Shown here one piece after another: positions 60,591 to 64,000 of a stretch of DNA of 64,000 nt (its first letter is position 1; each line of letters begins with the position of its first letter). Made by a program: the position numbers and the translations under genes. A model generated the notes under the pieces. It ran no database searches. It saw nothing but the letters and a program-made list of their open reading frames with translations, and was not told the origin of the DNA. Source of the DNA: an uncultured Gemmatimonadales bacterium (lineage in GTDB: Bacteria > Gemmatimonadota > Gemmatimonadetes > Gemmatimonadales > GWC2-71-9); contig CAVYSW010000010.1 in the NCBI GenBank assembly GCA_963771275.1, forward strand, positions 576,001 through 640,000, given 5' to 3'.

Positions 60591-62205
60591 CGTACACCTC
60601 CTCCAACGCGTGCCGAATCTCGTACAGCGTGCAGTACGCACGTGCGCAATCCAGCATCGCGGGAATCACGTTGTCGTCACGCGCGGCGGCGGCCCGCAGC
60701 TCCGTCAGGCAGCGCCGCGCGCGCTCGTTGTCTCGCCGCGCCCGCAACTCGCCAAGGCGCCGGCGTTGCTGCTCGTCCACCGAGCTCCCGATCCGCAGAA
60801 TCTCGACCGGCGCCTCGTCCTCGGTCACGAACTCGTTCACGCCGACGACGATGCGCCGCTTCTGCTCCACCTCGTGCTGAAAGCGTCGCGCGCTCTGGGC
60901 GATCTGCTGCTGGAACCAGCCCGTCTCGATCCCGCGTGGGACGCCGCCGAGCTTTTCGATCTCGCGGAACAACCCCTCCGCCTCCGCCTCCATCCGATCC
61001 GTCAGGGCCTCGACGAAATACGCTCCGCCGAGCGGGTCGATCACGTTGGGGACGCCGGTCTCGTGCGCCAGGATCTGTTGCGTCCGCAGGGCCAGCCGCG
61101 CGGCGTCTTCCGTAGGGAGGGCGTACGTCTCATCGAGCGAATTGGTATGGAGCGACTGGGCACCGGCGAGCACTGCGGCGAGCGCCTGGTATGCGGTGCG
61201 GACCACGTTGTTCATCGGCTGCTGCGCGGTGAGCGAAACCCCGGCCGTCTGGCAGTGGAACCGCATGATCATCGTGCGGGCGTCGGTCGCGCCGTACCGG
61301 TCGCGCAGGTGGCGCGCCCAGATCCGGCGGGCGGCGCGCATCTTGGCGACCTCCTCGAACAGGTCGTTGTGCACGTCCCAGAAGAACGACAGGCGCGGCG
61401 CGAACCGGTCGAGGCCGAGTCCGCGCGCGAGGCCACGCTCGACGTACTCGAACCCGTTGGCGAGGGTGAACGCGAGCTCCTGCGCCGCCGTCGCTCCCGC
61501 CTCGCGAATGTGGTAGCCGCTGATCGAGATCGTGTTCCACAGCGGGGTGTGCTCCGAGCCCCACTCGAACATATCCACGATGATCTTGAGCGCCGGCTCG
61601 ACCGGGTAGACCCAGGCGTGCTGCGCCATGTACTCCTTGAGAATGTCGTTCTGCACAGTGCCGCGGAGCGCGCGGATGTCCACCCCCTGGCGCTCCGCCG
61701 CGGCGACGTAGAAGCAGAACAGCATGGCCGCCGGGCCGTTGATCGTCATCGACGTGGAGACCTGGTCCATCGGGATGCCGTCGAACAGCGCCTCCATGTC
61801 GGCGAGCGATGAGATCGCCACGCCGCACATCCCGACCTCCCCTTCCGCGCGGGGGTGGTCGGAGTCGTACCCCATCAGCGTCGGGAAGTCGAACGCGGTC
61901 GAGAGCCCGGTCTGACCGTGGGCCAGCAGGAACTTGAACCGCTGGTTGGTATCCTCGGCGGTGCCGAACCCGGCGAACTGCCGCATCGTCCAGAGCTTCC
62001 CGCGGTACATCGTGGGGTGGACCCCCCGCGTGAACGGGAAGGCTCCCGGATCGCCGAGCCGCTCGGCGTAGCTTCGGTGCGCGAGGTCTTCCGGCACATA
62101 GAGCGGCTCGACGGGTGCCGAGCTCTGGGTGATGAACTCGCCCTCCCGCTTGGGCGCCGCCTCGTACGCCTCCCGCCACTGGCGATGGTTGTCACGGCCG
62201 TCCAT
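60562..62205 (-). CDS. B12-dependent acyl-CoA mutase large subunit with isobutyryl-CoA mutase signature (IcmA-like)
   Basis: PFTRG, WTMRQFAGFG, QNDILKEYMAQ, SISGYHIRE and SLHTNSLDE motifs. Confidence 0.9.
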   Translation of the reverse strand: MDGRDNHRQWREAYEAAPKREGEFITQSSAPVEPLYVPEDLAHRSYAERLGDPGAFPFTRGVHPTMYRGKLWTMRQFAGFGTAEDTNQRFKFLLAHGQTGLSTAFDFPTLMGYDSDHPRAEGEVGMCGVAISSLADMEALFDGIPMDQVSTSMTINGPAAMLFCFYVAAAERQGVDIRALRGTVQNDILKEYMAQHAWVYPVEPALKIIVDMFEWGSEHTPLWNTISISGYHIREAGATAAQELAFTLANGFEYVERGLARGLGLDRFAPRLSFFWDVHNDLFEEVAKMRAARRIWARHLRDRYGATDARTMIMRFHCQTAGVSLTAQQPMNNVVRTAYQALAAVLAGAQSLHTNSLDETYALPTEDAARLALRTQQILAHETGVPNVIDPLGGAYFVEALTDRMEAEAEGLFREIEKLGGVPRGIETGWFQQQIAQSARRFQHEVEQKRRIVVGVNEFVTEDEAPVEILRIGSSVDEQQRRRLGELRARRDNERARRCLTELRAAAARDDNVIPAMLDCARAYCTLYEIRHALEEVYGAYREPVFF

Positions 62206-63235
62206 CGTGCATCTCCCTTCTGACTCCCGCCAGAATGCGGTGTGCCAGCTCGTACGGGTTCACGCGGTCATGCGCAGCGGCGGCCAGCCCGGACCGCAAC
62301 CTCTCCTCCCCGCCCCCTTCCTCCCATACCAACTGGCGCAGGCGGCGATCCACGACCTCGCGGGTGTGGCGCGCGAGCCGGTCGCGGCGCCGCCGGGCGA
62401 GCTCCCCGCTGGCGCCGAGATACGCCGCGTGCCGCTCGATCGCCTCGACCAGCTCCGGCACGCCCTCGTCCCGCAGCGCGGACAGGGCGAGGGCCGGCGG
62501 CTCCCAGTCCGGGGGCGCCGCGGGGCCGGACGTCGGCGCAGGCGGCGCGGCCTCGGGTCGGTGGTGGGGGGCGACGTGCCGGAAGGCGTTGCCACGGCGG
62601 ATCCCCAGCATCACTTCGATCTCGTTGCGCAGCCGGTCGGCGCCGGGGCGATCCGCCTTGTTGATCGCGTAGATGTCGGCGATCTCCATCACGCCGGCTT
62701 TCAGAACCTGCACCCCGTCGCCCGACTCCGGCACCAGCACGAGCACCGCCGTGTCCGCCGTGGCGGCGATCGTGAGCTCTGACTGGCCGACCCCCACCGT
62801 TTCGATGATGATGCGATCGAACCCGAAGGCGTCGAGCACGTCGCACACTTCGCGCGTCGTCGTGGCCAGGCCTCCCAGCTCCCCGCGTGTCGCCATGGAC
62901 CGGATGTAGACGTCCGCATCGAGCGACGCCGACTCCATCCGGATCCGGTCGCCCAGCAGCGCCCCACCCGTAAACGGGCTCGTCGGATCCACCGCCACCA
63001 CCCCCACGGTCCGGCCGCGCGCGCGATAGGCGTGGATCAGGCGCTCCGCAAGGGTGGACTTGCCGGCCCCCGGCGGCCCGGTCAGCCCCACCCGGTGCGC
63101 CCGCCCCACCTGGGGGTGCAGCGCCGACAGCAGGTCCTCATACCCCGGCCGGCCGTTCTCGACCATCGAGACGGCGCGGGCGAGCGCCGGAATCTGGCGC
63201 GCCGCGATCCCGGCGAGCAGGTCAGCCGCTGGCAT
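62192..63235 (-). CDS. meaB: MeaB/ArgK GTPase chaperone for B12 mutases
   Basis: GPPGAGKST, DPTSPFTGGALLGDRIRM, ETVGVGQSE and NKAD motifs. Confidence 0.95.
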   Translation of the reverse strand: MPAADLLAGIAARQIPALARAVSMVENGRPGYEDLLSALHPQVGRAHRVGLTGPPGAGKSTLAERLIHAYRARGRTVGVVAVDPTSPFTGGALLGDRIRMESASLDADVYIRSMATRGELGGLATTTREVCDVLDAFGFDRIIIETVGVGQSELTIAATADTAVLVLVPESGDGVQVLKAGVMEIADIYAINKADRPGADRLRNEIEVMLGIRRGNAFRHVAPHHRPEAAPPAPTSGPAAPPDWEPPALALSALRDEGVPELVEAIERHAAYLGASGELARRRRDRLARHTREVVDRRLRQLVWEEGGGEERLRSGLAAAAHDRVNPYELAHRILAGVRREMHDGRP

Positions 63236-63277
63236 ACCGGAAGCTCACGGGCGCCATCGGCTTCTCGCAAGCGCGGC

Positions 63278-63937
63278 TCATGCGCCGCGATCCCGGAACA
63301 GGTCCTCGAGGTCGAGGCCGCGCCGCATGGATGGCGCCCCCAACTCGTCCGGCGCCACGGAGCCCGCGGAGATGATGAACTTCACGGCGTCCTCGATCGA
63401 GATCGCCGTCTCGCGAATCTGATCGCGGGGGACCACCAGCATGAAGCCGGTCGTCGGGTTGGGGGTCGTCGGCACGAAGACATTGACGCACGGCCGGCCC
63501 AGTACCCGGGTCATCGCGGCGGAGTCGTCGTTGGTGATGAAGCCGACCGACCAGAGGTGGTCGCTCGGAAAGGGAACGAGCACCACCCGCTTGAACACGC
63601 GACTCTGGTCGCTGAGGATGCCCTGCACGATCTGGCTGGCCGCGTTGTACAAGCGGCCGGCCACGGGAAAGCGGACGAGCGTCTGATTCCAGGTCTGCAG
63701 CAGGCGGCGTCCCACCGCCCGGTGGACCACCCACCCCACCCCGAGCACGACCAGCCCGAGCAGCACGAAGCCGAGCCCCGGGATGCGCACCTTGAGCGCC
63801 GCCTGCAGCGGCTCCCCGAGAATCGCGTCGACCGTCTCGAAGATCCACCGCAGCACCACGACGGTGAACCCCACCGGGGCGATCACCACGAGGCCGACGA
63901 GGAAGTAGCGGCGCAGCCGCAGCATGGCCGGCGCCAT
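63278..63937 (-). CDS. DUF502 membrane protein
   Basis: Two N-terminal TM segments; FVPTTPNPTTGF and IISAG motifs. Confidence 0.9.
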   Translation of the reverse strand: MAPAMLRLRRYFLVGLVVIAPVGFTVVVLRWIFETVDAILGEPLQAALKVRIPGLGFVLLGLVVLGVGWVVHRAVGRRLLQTWNQTLVRFPVAGRLYNAASQIVQGILSDQSRVFKRVVLVPFPSDHLWSVGFITNDDSAAMTRVLGRPCVNVFVPTTPNPTTGFMLVVPRDQIRETAISIEDAVKFIISAGSVAPDELGAPSMRRGLDLEDLFRDRGA

Positions 63938-63939
63938 CG

Positions 63940-64000
63940 TCAGAGTCCCGCCACCGTCACGCGGGCGGTGCCGGCGCGCCGGACGACGAGGCGCTCAACC
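63940..64000 (-). CDS. C-terminal fragment of an upstream gene (partial)
   Basis: Open frame ...VERLVVRRAGTARVTVAGL* ending 2 nt before the DUF502 ATG. Confidence 0.4.
   Translation of the reverse strand, partial: VERLVVRRAGTARVTVAGL

Overview
GC-rich, densely coding bacterial chromosomal window; gene content and order suggest Gemmatimonadota (inference). Most genes are minus-strand housekeeping genes (icd-pepA, yicC-gmk-rpoZ-coaBC-udg-dnaB-radA-ispD-tsaC, gap-pgk-tpiA-secG-carA, HU/IHF, moaDE-trmL-mdh, RNase E/G, rplU-rpmA). The window also has a tRNA-Leu(CAA), an ECF sigma/anti-sigma/Spy-like triplet and an nfeD-floA locus. A plus-strand, PaaR-controlled phenylacetyl-CoA (paa) cluster has a split PaaD and no paaE, paaK or paaZ. 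At the right end is a B12 acyl-CoA mutase operon. I found no integrase, transposase or CRISPR array. Best leads: (1) the mutase has the isobutyryl-CoA mutase Phe/Gln signature, and a GGQ-less aeRF1-like (baeRF/Balon-like) gene sits between its two subunit genes; (2) a perfect 7+7 bp H-type pseudoknot in the predicted RNase E/G 5' leader; (3) an outer-membrane beta-barrel fused to an NlpC/P60 peptidase, missed by the ORF track; (4) a lipoprotein homolog of tripeptidyl-peptidase II; (5) families of short tandem/inverted intergenic repeats. All calls are by eye from motifs; no searches were run.
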